DNA of 64,000 nucleotides from Candidatus Eiseniibacteriota bacterium (lineage in GTDB: Bacteria > Eisenbacteria > RBG-16-71-46 > CAVPCR01), in assembly GCA_963823555.1 (NCBI GenBank), contig CAWGMA010000001.1:1056001-1120000 (forward strand), given 5' to 3'. Numbering within the stretch: the first letter of the stretch is position 1; every line of letters starts with the position of its first letter. Shown piece after piece: positions 1 through 9,836 of this stretch. The notes beneath the pieces were generated by a model. It had not been told where the DNA came from. It was given only the letters and a program-made list of their open reading frames with translations, and made no database searches. Position numbers and translations under genes: made by a program.

Positions 1-2
1 TT

Positions 3-473
3 CCCGTGCCCGCGGTGCGCCGCATCCACTCGATCGCCGTCGACGAGACGCGCGCCCGCGCCTGGGTCGGCGGGAGCCAGCGCTATGCCGTCGTCGATCT
101 CGTGAATCCCGGCCGCACCATCACCTTCGCCTGGCCGACGATGCGCGCCTGCCTGCCGCCACGCTGCGAGACGCGAGGATGGGGCCTCTTCCTGTCGCCG
201 GCCTTCGATCGCGTGTATCTCCTCAACCGGCAGGAGGCGGTCGCCTCCGTGGGTCTCTCCAGCCTGGAAGAGTCCACCGCGCTCGACGGCAGCGTGAACG
301 GGTACCAGGCGGGCTTCGCCCAGAATCCGCGCACCGGAGCGATCATGGTCGTCAATGCGCAGAGCGCGGCCGCGGGCCTGGTCGAGGTGGATCCGTGGGA
401 ACTCCGCCAGACGACGCTCCTCCCGATCCCGGTCGGCGGCGGTGGGGTGGTGGCCGTTGCGGTTCTGCCGTAG
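3..473 (+). CDS. C-terminal part of a YncE-like beta-propeller protein (5' truncated by window)
   Basis: Open frame from the window edge to TAG at 471-473; blade-like segments (IAVDETRARAWV, LSPAFDRVYLLN, AQNPRTGAIMVVN). Confidence 0.45.
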   Translation, partial: PVPAVRRIHSIAVDETRARAWVGGSQRYAVVDLVNPGRTITFAWPTMRACLPPRCETRGWGLFLSPAFDRVYLLNRQEAVASVGLSSLEESTALDGSVNGYQAGFAQNPRTGAIMVVNAQSAAAGLVEVDPWELRQTTLLPIPVGGGGVVAVAVLP

Positions 474-1071
474 GGGTGTCTTCTTGACCCTGTCCAAGAG
501 CCTGACCCCATGTAAGAGACCGAAGAGACTTGCGGATCGGGGGTGCTCTGGTGCTTCTCAGCACGCCATCCCTTGAGCCTCTAACATCTCCTCGCCGGTC
601 ACACGACGGTTGTGAGCGGACTCGAGTGCCTCGCGAAGCGCTGAGCGAAGGAAGAGGTCGCGGGTGGGCCGGTAGACATTCGTCACCGCCCAGTCGCGCC
701 TATGCCGAGCGCGGCACAGTGGCGCAAACTGTGGAATGGATACAGCCGCGCACTACCATGAAGAACCGAGCCACCAGGGAATCGGGTCCGAGCTTATCAG
801 TGGCGCGGCGACTCAGCGATGGAGGGTGTCGTCGCGACCAGCGAGCGGCTAGGCCGCCTGCTGAAATACAATCACCGGCGAGCGGCTGGAGATGGGTGTC
901 GTCGATCGAGTGTTCGGACAGCGCGGGATCGAAACCGCAAAATCTGCAATCAGGATTGTAGATATCCTGCCGCCATTCTGCTTGCAACACCGGTTTGAAC
1001 GCCCGATTATCCCTCACTGGGTCACCTGCGGCCTGAATCCTCCACGCCGGCAGATATGAAAGGAGACTTCC

Positions 1072-1524
1072 ATGAAGTCCTATGCCCTCGTGCTGGTCAT
1101 CGCTGCCGCCCTGGCGATCACCATCACGGAACCTCAGGCAGGCATCGACTACGATTGCTACCTGTCCATATGCGTGTACGAAAACAGCGACCCTCCTTGC
1201 GCCGCCTGCCCTGACACATTGTCCTGCCAGGCGTCCTACAGCCCCAGGAAGATCTGCTGGAAGTGGAACGGAGACCCGTGCGGTGACGACGCTGTGTGTG
1301 GCCCAGACACGTTCAGAGTCTACCGAGACCAGACGCTAATAGCGACTGTTCCATGTCCCTATGCGAATAACGCGTGTTGCTGTGACCGCAATCCATGTGA
1401 GGGGCAGTGCTTTCGGGTAGGAGACTCAGGATACGACGAGGAGGAATGCTACACGTACACAGTGAAGGCCTATAAGGAAGGGCAGCAAATCGGCGAGCAC
1501 AACATCCTGGCCGGAGAGTGCTGA
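1072..1524 (+). CDS. Small secreted cysteine-rich protein (150 aa, 16 Cys), possible FN3-like core
   Basis: Strong RBS AAAGGAG before ATG; signal peptide MKSYALVLVIAAALAI; FN3-like strands FRVYRD..IATV and YTYTVKAY. Confidence 0.7.
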   Translation: MKSYALVLVIAAALAITITEPQAGIDYDCYLSICVYENSDPPCAACPDTLSCQASYSPRKICWKWNGDPCGDDAVCGPDTFRVYRDQTLIATVPCPYANNACCCDRNPCEGQCFRVGDSGYDEEECYTYTVKAYKEGQQIGEHNILAGEC

Positions 1525-1551
1525 TTTCGGTGCGGAGAAGGAGCACGTCCG

Positions 1552-2760
1552 ATGAAGCAAGTCTCTCTTCCTGTTGTCGCAGCTCTGCTGCTGATTTCGG
1601 GGCCGCTCATTGCTGACGACATCGTGGTCCCGGATGAGTTCGTGACGATACAGGGCGCTGTCGATTTCGCTTCGAGCGGCGACCGGATCTGGGTGCGGTC
1701 TGGAACCTACGTCGAGAACATCCTCGTTCTCGGAAAGTCAATCCATCTCACGTCGTTCGATGGCTCAGCCGTCACGATCATCGATGGAAGCGCCCCGACG
1801 CGTCCGGATACCTTGAGCGTGATCACGGCCATTGGCGCCGACGATTTCGTTCTCGCCGGTTTCACGCTGCGCAACGCCCACGGGGGTATCGATTTTGGTG
1901 AGCAGTCCGGAGACGACTCGGGCGGGGGCCTGGCGTGTGGAGCTACGAACGGCGCGGTCCGAAACTGCGTGATCGAGGACAACTTCTGCGGTGGTTCAGG
2001 CGGCGGCGCTCACCTCGTGCTTAGCGATCTACTGATCGAGGATTGCATTGTGCGCTACAATGAATGCGGTCTCGACGGCGGTGGCATCCACACGTTCCTT
2101 GGTTCCCCTAGCATCCAGCGATGCAGAATCGAGAATAACCGGGGAGGCGAAGGCGGTGCTGGCGGTGGAATCTGCCTCAGGTTCTTTGGCTCGCCTCAGA
2201 TCGCAGACTGCGTGATATCAGGGAATCGTGCCCGCGGAGGAGCGGGGATCGCAGCGCAAGAAGGGTCCAGCCCGACGATCCTGCGAACGCTGATCACCGG
2301 CAATTCCGCCGCCACCTACGGCGCGGTGGGTGGCGTTCAGCTGAATAGTGGAAGTCCACGCATCGAAGGCTGCACCGTAGTTGGCAACTTCGGCCCAGGG
2401 AACGCAGGGATCTCGTTTGTGACCGCGCTGCCCGCAGTTCTTTCTCACTCGATTGTGGCCTTCAACCAGGGTGGGCGGGGCCTGAGCTGTGTTGGCGGCA
2501 CGCTGGCCGTCAGCTGCTGCGATCTTTTCGGCAACGAGGAGGGCGATGAGTTCTGCGGCATCGATGCGGGCGGCAACTTCTCTCTCGATCCGCTCTTCTG
2601 CGCCGACTACTCGATCGCCGAGTCCTCGCCCTGTGCGCCCGCCAACGCGCCTGTTGGGTGCGGGTTGATCGGGGCCCGCGATGTGGGCTGCACTGGGGCA
2701 ATCGAAGCCAGCACCTGGGGCCGCATCAAGGTGCGATTGTCCGTCCCGAAAACTCCGTAG
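1552..2760 (+). CDS. Secreted right-handed parallel beta-helix repeat protein with C-terminal STWGRIK motif
   Basis: RBS AAGGAG; signal peptide; VPDEFVTIQGAVD..GD.I.V..GTYVENI start; repeated GGG(I/L) and C.I..N repeats; GNFSLDPLFC...SSPC; tail EASTWGRIK. Confidence 0.85.
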   Translation: MKQVSLPVVAALLLISGPLIADDIVVPDEFVTIQGAVDFASSGDRIWVRSGTYVENILVLGKSIHLTSFDGSAVTIIDGSAPTRPDTLSVITAIGADDFVLAGFTLRNAHGGIDFGEQSGDDSGGGLACGATNGAVRNCVIEDNFCGGSGGGAHLVLSDLLIEDCIVRYNECGLDGGGIHTFLGSPSIQRCRIENNRGGEGGAGGGICLRFFGSPQIADCVISGNRARGGAGIAAQEGSSPTILRTLITGNSAATYGAVGGVQLNSGSPRIEGCTVVGNFGPGNAGISFVTALPAVLSHSIVAFNQGGRGLSCVGGTLAVSCCDLFGNEEGDEFCGIDAGGNFSLDPLFCADYSIAESSPCAPANAPVGCGLIGARDVGCTGAIEASTWGRIKVRLSVPKTP

Positions 2761-2763
2761 CGC

Positions 2764-2797
2764 GGGTCTGTTGCACTTTAGGTGGCATGACAGACCC
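2764..2797. terminator. Stem-loop between convergent genes (possible bidirectional terminator)
   Basis: GGGTCTGT (2764-2771) pairs with ACAGACCC (2790-2797), with an imperfect inner stem; no U-tract. Confidence 0.35.
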
Positions 2798-2852
2798 TGG
2801 GAATGCTGGTCTTTCAGGCGACACGCAGTTTCGCGCAGTAATGTGACACCGG

Positions 2853-4054
2853 CTAGCGGACGACGATGACTGGACGCCGATCCTGGCCGTTGCTTGCCTC
2901 CAGGCGGATGTAGTAGACGCCTGAGCCGACGGGTTGCCCGTGATCGTTTCGCCCGTCCCAGGTCACAGCCTGAGGACCGGCCTTTCGGCCGTCATCGAGG
3001 AGTGTGCGCACCCATCTCCCGGCCACATCGTAGATCCGGATCGATACGGGTCCCTGGTGCGGGAGCTCGAATCCGACACGGGTCGAAGCGGTCATGGGGT
3101 TCGGCACACAAGGGCCGAGGCGCAAGGCATAAATCGCCCCGGCCGGGCTCGAGTCGGGCACCGTCGTGGGCTCCCCCTCACCGAAGAGCGCTCGCAGGAT
3201 GAAGTCGGTGTTGTCGTGCAGTGCCTCGTGATCCCAGCGGTAGGGTCGTCCTGAAAGGAACACGAACTCCCCGCCGGCCGTTGCCGTCCGCCAGGCACCG
3301 ATCCCCGCAGGCGGGGTGTAGCTGGGATCGTCAAAGAGGAGGGTGGTCTCGGGTCCGAGCCGATCCTCGTCGAAGGAAGAGCACTGGTCCTGGCTGCCGA
3401 TCGGCGTCATGTCGCGGAGGCCGGGCAAGGTCGCGGTCGCGCCGTGCAGGACGTAGTGGGTGGTCCATTCGATGCCCAGGTACTCGCTCAGCTCTTCCGT
3501 GAAGAACGAATACCCGTTCCTGGGCATCAGCAGGATATTGCCTCCAGCCTCGAGGTAGCGGATGTTCGGGGATTCGAGCCAGTGCTCCAGATCGCCGCTG
3601 GAACGGTTTCCGACCCAGACCACCGACGAGTACCGGCCCATGACCGAGGACGCCCCCGGGCCATGGCCGAGCGGCGCCGGTAACGTCGGGGGATAACCAC
3701 CCGCCGGGGCCGGGAAGAAATCCCAGAAGGCGATCTCGTGGTCCCCGAAGAAGGCACGGGCCTCATAGGCTGCGAGAGCCTCGCTGCCGTACTGCTCCCA
3801 GTCGATGCCGTTGACGAGCAGGATGCCCTCATCGAGCGTCGGGTTCATGATCCCGATCACCCGCTGGCAGAGGATCCAGTCGTCCGGGTCGAGCCGGACG
3901 TGAACCGGCTCCCCGGCTGCGGTCAGCCTGGGCTGCGGCGGCGAGCGGGAAAAGAACGACCAGCGCAAGAACGGCCAGGGCTACGGCGGCGGAGGGCCGC
4001 GGCGGCGAGAGGGCCGCGGCGGCGGCATGACCTTCCCTGCGGGTAGAGGTGCAT
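2853..4054 (-). pseudogene. Secreted protein with FlgD/T9SS-like CTD; signal peptide joined out of frame to what looks like the C-terminal part of an M1 aminopeptidase-type protein
   Basis: RBS AGGAG plus ATG at 4054; signal-like AAVALAVLALVVLFPLAAAAQA lies in another frame; main frame runs LTAAGEPVHVRLDPDDWIL to a CTD (PNPMTASTRVGFELP...SGVYYIRL...VIVVR). Confidence 0.55.
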
Positions 4055-4571
4055 GGCGACACTCCTGGCCGCCGGGACCTTCAGGTACACTCGACCCTTC
4101 CGATTGAGGTCCTCCAGGCCGCAGGCTAGATTCCTTCGTTCTTGGTTGAGGAAGAGCGATGTGCTCGTCGTCATGCGCGGACACGAACGATCTCCACAAA
4201 GAGAGTTGTATATGATCAAGTCGCAACCACATGAGCCGATCCACAGCGTCTATAGGGTGGCATTCTCTCGGTGCTCCTGTATCGTCAAGCTCTGTGGATG
4301 CGGAAGAGACAGGTCGGCGACTGACCGTTGCTCCCGAACGGCAAGCGCCTCCTGAATCGAGACTGACCTGCAGCGTGGCGAATGAGATCCGCCGGCCAGG
4401 CCGTGGTACCGGATTTCCGCTTCCCAAAGACCACTACCCAGAGCGGACAGAGGCCTTGGTGTGAAGGCCGTCATGATGACACCACAAGGATCCGGGAACG
4501 AGTGAGACGCCCGGAGAGGTACGAGTTGACCCGCGTTGCGCGGCGCGACGCACAGCGAAGAGAGAGGTCCC

Positions 4572-5956
4572 ATGTCGAACATAACCAGTGAAGCCTTTGC
4601 GGGACTGCGGTCCAGGATCAAGGGGCAGGTGGTTCTTCCCGGTGACGCCAGATACGACGAGGTGCGCACTATCTGGAACGCCATGATTGACAAGCGACCG
4701 GCGGTCATCGTGCAGTGCAAAGCCGCGGCGCGACGTTCCGGTGGCCATTGGTTACGCGCGCCAGCACGGACTCGATATCACCATCCGTGGCGCCGGCCAC
4801 AACATCGCGGGCAATTCGATCTCCGACGGTGGTCTCGTGATCGATCACTCGACCATGCGATCGGTCAGGTCGACGCCAACAAGAAGCGGGCGTACGTCGA
4901 GCCCGGGGCTACTCTCGGCGACCTCGATGCTGCGACGCAGGCGCACGGTCTCGCCGTTCCGGTGGGCATCAACTCCACCACGGGTATCGCCGGCCTGACG
5001 CTGGGTGGCGGGTTCGGGTGGCTGACCCGCAAGCACGGCATGACCATCGACGCCCTGCGTACGGCCGACGTGGTCACGGCCGACGGTAAGGTGCTCCACG
5101 CCAGTGCAGAGCGAGAACGCCGACCTGTTCTGGGCCATCCGTGGCGGCGGCGGGAACTTCGGGGTCGTCACGCAGTTCGAGTTCGAGCTCTATCCTGTTG
5201 GACCCGAGATCACTGCCGGGCTCATCGTGTTCCCGGCGGCGCAGTCGAAGCAGGTGCTCACCCGCTATCGCGACTACATGGAGTCGACGCCGGAAGAGTT
5301 CAACACGTGGGTGGTGATGCGCCAGGCGCCGCCGTTGCCGTTCCTCCCGGAGCAGGTGCATGGAACCGACGTCGTCGTGCTGGCGATCTTCTGTGCCGGC
5401 GATGCGGCCCAGGCCGACAAGCTCATCGCTCCGCTCCACGGGTTCGGCGACCCGGTGGGCACCCATGTCGGCAGGATGCCGCTCGTCCAGTGGCAGCAGG
5501 CCTTCGACCCGCTGCTCACGCCGGGCGCGCGCAACTACTGGAAGACCCACAATTTCACCGAGCTCAAGGAGCGAGCTGTTCGATGCGATGATCGAGTATG
5601 CGGGCAAGCTCCCGTCGCCTCAGTGCGAGATCTTCATCGGGCTCATTGCCGGCGCGCCCAATCGTGTCGCGCCCGGTGCCATGGCCTGGGGCCATCGGGA
5701 CGTGAAGTACGTGCTCAACGTGCACGGGCGCTGGGATGCGGCATCCGACGATCAGAAGTGTATCGAGTGGGCGCGGGCCTTCTTCAAGGCATCTCAGCCC
5801 TACGCCTCCGCCGGGGCCTACGTGAACTTCATGACCGAGGAGGAAGTGGGCCGTGTCGAGTCGGCGTACGGAGCCAACTATGCTCGACTCAAGGAGATCA
5901 AGCGGAAGTACGATCCCAGGAACGTGTTCCACCACAACCAGAACATCAAGCCCTAG
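4572..5956 (+). CDS. FAD-binding oxidoreductase (berberine-bridge-enzyme / 6-hydroxy-D-nicotine oxidase family), split by ~4 frameshifts
   Basis: IWNAMIDKRPA, RGAGHNIAG (covalent FAD His), GIAGLTLGGGFGWL, DLFWAIRGGGGNFGVVT, YVNF..YGANYARLKEIKRKYDP spread over 3 frames (shifts near 4725, 4860, 5105, 5570). Confidence 0.9.
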
Positions 5957-6012
5957 TGTCTTGGTCCGCCGGATCTCGGTGCGCCGTCCCGGTGGATGAA
6001 CCTGCTGCAGAA

Positions 6013-6042
6013 GGGCTGGACCCGTCACGGCGGGTCCAGCCC
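6013..6042 (+). terminator. Perfect 12-bp hairpin after the FAD oxidase gene
   Basis: GGGCTGGACCCG-tcacgg-CGGGTCCAGCCC; no U-tract. Confidence 0.45.
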
Positions 6043-6120
6043 GACGCATGCCTATCGCTGGCCGCTACGGTCTGACCCCCTCGGCGTTTCTGGCCCCGGT
6101 GCTAGACTCGAGCCTTCCGA

Positions 6121-6149
6121 TTGACGCCCCGCCGGCCCCGGGATAGATT
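6121..6149 (+). promoter_or_regulatory. sigma70-type promoter for lysS and the downstream cluster
   Basis: TTGACG - 17 nt - TAGATT, 33 nt before the lysS ATG. Confidence 0.65.
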
Positions 6150-6182
6150 GCTTCGCTCCTGGTTCGTCACCGCGGGGAGACC

Positions 6183-7692
6183 ATGAAGATCACGAACGAC
6201 CTGGTCCGGAGCCGGTTCGAGAAGCTCGAGCGCCTCAAGGCGGCGGGCAAGTCGCCCTACGCCTACTCGGCGCAGGTGACGGCGCGCCCGGGAGCGATCC
6301 TCGATGATGCCGAGCGCATGATCGAGAGCACCGCCGTGGTGCACGTCGCCGGGCGGCTGATGGCTGTCCGAGGCCACGGCAAGGCGAGCTTCGGTGTCGT
6401 GCAGGATCTCGGCCGGAAGATCCAGATCTACTTCCGGGAGGATACGCTGGGGCCCGAGACCTATGGTCTCCTCCCGCTTCTCGATCTCGGGGACTGGATC
6501 GCGGTCTCGGGGAAGGTGTTCCGCACCCGCACGGGGGAGGTGACGGTCGCCGCCGAGAGCCTCGAGCTCCTCTCGAAGGCGCTCCTGCCGCCGCCCGCCA
6601 AGTGGCACGGGCTCAAGGACCATGAGACCCGCTACCGCCAGCGCTATGCCGATCTCATCGCCAACGACGAGGTGCGCCGGGTGGCCCTCCTCCGTTCGCG
6701 CCTCGTCCGCGCCGTCCGCCGCTTCCTCGACGAGCGGGGCTATCGTCGAGGTCGAGACCCCGGTCCTGCAGCCGATCTACGGCGGCGCGTTCGCGCGCCC
6801 GTTCACCACCCGCCACAACGCGCTCGGGATCCCTCTCTACCTCCGCATCTCCGACGAGCTCTATCTCAAGCGCCTCATCGTCGGCGGACTCGACCGCGTC
6901 TACGAGATCGGCAAGGACTTCCGCAACGAGGGCATCGACAAGAACCACAATCCCGAGTTCACGATGCTCGAGTACTACGAGGCCTACGCCGACTATCACG
7001 CCATGATGGAGACGGTCGAGTCGATGCTCCTCTTCGTGCGCTCGGATCTCGGGCTCGAGGGGCCGAGCACGTGGCGGGGGCACGCGATCGACTGGACGCC
7101 GCCCTTCGGGCGCATCCGCTACTTCAAGGCTCTGGCGGAGGCGGCCGGCCTGGATGTGACGGAGGCACCCATCGAACGCCTCGCCGAGATCGCCGCCCGG
7201 CACGAGATCGACGTCCCGGCGAACTCGCCGCGTGCCGCCTACTACGACCCGCTCTTCGGAGCGCTCGTCGAGCCGGCCCTCGTCCACCCGACCTTCGTCC
7301 TCGATTACCCGCGCGAGATCTCGCCGCTCGCCAAGGTGAAGCGAGATGACGAGCGGGTGGTCGAGCGCTTCGAGCTGTATGTCGCTTGCATGGAGCTCGC
7401 CAACGCCTTCTCCGAGCAGAACGATCCCCTGGCCCAGGAGGAGGCGCTCCGGATCCAGGAGGAGAGGCGGCGGGGGGGCGACGAGGAAGCCCAGGCCTTC
7501 GACCACGACTATGTGCGGGCCCTCATGTACGGCATGCCGCCCACCGGCGGTGTCGGCATGGGCATCGACCGGCTGGCCATGCTCCTTTCCGGCGCCGAGA
7601 CCATCCGGGATGTCATACTCTTCCCGTTGCTCAAGCCCGAGCCCGCCGATGTGGCGCTCGACGCGGAGGTCGAGGACGCGCCCGAAGCCTAG
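6183..7692 (+). CDS. lysS: Lysine--tRNA ligase (class II), one frameshift near 6745
   Basis: [76 protein letters not shown]. Confidence 0.97.
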
Positions 7693-7701
7693 AGGAGCAA
7701 G

Positions 7702-9006
7702 GTGAGCACCCAAGAAGCGCTGGAGATGAAGGAGCCATCGGCGCCCGCCCGGCCCGCGTCGCGCCGCTGGTTCTCCGCCTTCGAGCTCTACGTCGCTCGC
7801 CGCTACCTGTGGTCGCGGCCGCGGCAGAGCTTCATCACGCTCATCTCCCTGATCTCGATCTGCGGCGTCATCGTGGGGGTGTGGGTGCTGACGACCACGC
7901 TCTCCGCGATGAACGGCTTCGAGTACGAGGTGCAGTCGAAGATCGTGGGATCCAACGCCCACGTCGTGGTCCTGACGCGAGATCCCGCCGGCATCGTGAA
8001 TCACGAAGAGGTGGCGCGCCGGCTCGCCGCGATGCCGGACGTCGTGGCGGTAGCACCCATGATCTACTCGAAGGCGATGCTCGCCGCGCAGGGCCGGGCC
8101 GACGGCGTGGTCTTGAAGGGCATCGACCTCGCCGCCGAGCAGAACGTGACCGAGATCACGCGCTATGTGACGCCCGAGGTGAAGGGCATCGACGAGGCAT
8201 CGCGGAGCGGGCTCCCCGGCATGATCCTCGGCTTCGAGGTGGCGCTCCGCCTCGCCGTCGGGGTCGGGGACTCGGTGGTCCTGAGCTCGCCGCTCCGCAC
8301 CGTCCGCACCCCGCTCGGGTCGGTACCCCTGGTCAAGCGCTTCGAGGTCGTCGGCATCTTCCACTCGGGCATGTACGAGTACGATGCCAGCTTCTGCTAT
8401 GTCTCGATTCCAGCCGCCCAGGAGTACCTGGAGCTCGAGGACCGGGTGACCGGAATCGAGATGAAGCTCGTCGACATGTTCGACGCCTCCCTGGTGTCCC
8501 GGGAGGCCGAGCTCATCCTCGGCCCGCCCTATGTCGCCAACAACTGGATCGATCTGAATCGAAATCTGTTCTCGTGGATGAAGATCGAGAAGTTCTTCAT
8601 GTTCCTGATCCTCCTTCTCATCATCCTGGTAGCCGCCTTCAACATCGCCTCGATGCTGTTCATGGTGGTCATGGACAAGAAGCGAGACATCGGGGTCCTG
8701 CGCTCGATGGGGGCGACGAGCGGCTCGATCATGCGCATCTTCATCCTCGAGGGGCTGATCGTGGCGGTGATCGGGACCGCGATCGGGAGCTTCCTCGGGG
8801 TCGTCACCTCCTATGTCATCGGGCGCTACGAAATCGTGTCCCTGCCGGGAGATGTGTACTTCATCGACAAGCTGCCGATAAGGATGGAGGCGCTCGACTT
8901 CCTGGCCGTGGCCGGGGCGGCGCTCGTGATCTGCTTCCTGGCGACCCTCTACCCCTCCTGGCGTGCCAGTCGCATGGTGCCCGTCGAGGCCATCCGCTAT
9001 GAATGA
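7702..9006 (+). CDS. lolE: Lipoprotein-releasing ABC transporter permease LolC/E family
   Basis: FITLISLISICGVIVGV..SAMNGF, VAAFNIASML.MVV..K.RDIGVLRSMGA, LATLYPSWRAS...PVEAIRYE; adjacent to lolD. Confidence 0.9.
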   Translation: MSTQEALEMKEPSAPARPASRRWFSAFELYVARRYLWSRPRQSFITLISLISICGVIVGVWVLTTTLSAMNGFEYEVQSKIVGSNAHVVVLTRDPAGIVNHEEVARRLAAMPDVVAVAPMIYSKAMLAAQGRADGVVLKGIDLAAEQNVTEITRYVTPEVKGIDEASRSGLPGMILGFEVALRLAVGVGDSVVLSSPLRTVRTPLGSVPLVKRFEVVGIFHSGMYEYDASFCYVSIPAAQEYLELEDRVTGIEMKLVDMFDASLVSREAELILGPPYVANNWIDLNRNLFSWMKIEKFFMFLILLLIILVAAFNIASMLFMVVMDKKRDIGVLRSMGATSGSIMRIFILEGLIVAVIGTAIGSFLGVVTSYVIGRYEIVSLPGDVYFIDKLPIRMEALDFLAVAGAALVICFLATLYPSWRASRMVPVEAIRYE

Positions 9007-9724
9007 GGCCGGAATGGGGGCGGGGCCCGGAGGCGCGAGGGGCCTGACTATAATGAGGGCGATCGGTCTCAGGAAGTCGTTCCCCACGCCGCGCGGCTCG
9101 CTCGATGTCCTGACCGACGTCCATCTCGAGGTCGGGGCGGGGGAGAGTGTCGCCATCGTCGGGGCCTCGGGAGCGGGGAAGTCGACCCTGCTCCACATCC
9201 TCGGCGCCCTGGATCGCCCGAGCGCGGGGCAGGTGGTGATCGACGATCAGGACCTCTTTGCTCTCGGCGATTCCTCGCTCGCCCGGTTCCGGAACCGGAC
9301 GATCGGGTTCGTGTTCCAGTTTCATCACTTGCTGCCGGAATTCAGTGCCGTTGAAAACGTTATGATGCCTGGTCTAATCTCCGGGGTGAGTGTGATCGAG
9401 GCGCGCGCGCGGGCCGAGCGACTGCTCGCGCGCGTGGGGCTCGAGCGCTGGGCCGAGCACCGGCCGAGCGAGCTCTCGGGTGGGGAGCAGCAGCGGGTGG
9501 CGGTGGCGCGGGCGCTCATGAACTCGCCGCGCATCATCCTCGCCGATGAGCCCTCCGGGAATCTCGATCAGGCCTCGTCGGACGAGCTCTATCGCCTGCT
9601 CGAGGAGCTGCGACTCGGCGAGGGGGTGAGCCTCGTCGTCGTCACCCACGATCTCGATGCGGCCCGGCGGGCGGATCGGGTCCTCCGGCTGGCCGAAGGG
9701 GTGGCGAGCCCGGTCGTCGTCTAG
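8999..9724 (+). CDS. lolD: Lipoprotein-releasing ABC transporter ATPase LolD
   Basis: Walker A GASGAGKST, IGFVFQFHHLLPEFSAVENV, LSGGEQQRVAVARAL, ADEPSGNLD; start could also be 9053. Confidence 0.9.
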   Translation: MNEAGMGAGPGGARGLTIMRAIGLRKSFPTPRGSLDVLTDVHLEVGAGESVAIVGASGAGKSTLLHILGALDRPSAGQVVIDDQDLFALGDSSLARFRNRTIGFVFQFHHLLPEFSAVENVMMPGLISGVSVIEARARAERLLARVGLERWAEHRPSELSGGEQQRVAVARALMNSPRIILADEPSGNLDQASSDELYRLLEELRLGEGVSLVVVTHDLDAARRADRVLRLAEGVASPVVV

Positions 9725-9836
9725 ACTTATTATAGGTAAGAGCCCTGGCGGTGGCCCCAGGGAGAGCCCTGCCGGCGCCCGCGGGGGCGTGAATCGACAG
9801 CTGCGGCCGCCCGGTCCAATAGGTGGAGAGTGACCA

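Noticed and set aside
530..1017. ORFs 530-961 (+) and 700-1017 (-) in the first spacer
   Set aside because: No RBS, motifs or coding-like composition
4190..4300. TCCACA/TGTGGA words and an ATCCACAG...CTGTGGAT inverted repeat resembling DnaA boxes
   Set aside because: At most 7/9 matches, only three copies, no AT-rich unwinding element and no origin-linked genes
9049..9054. Perfect TATAAT at the lolD start
   Set aside because: It overlaps the candidate ATG and has no matching -35, so it cannot be assigned as a promoter
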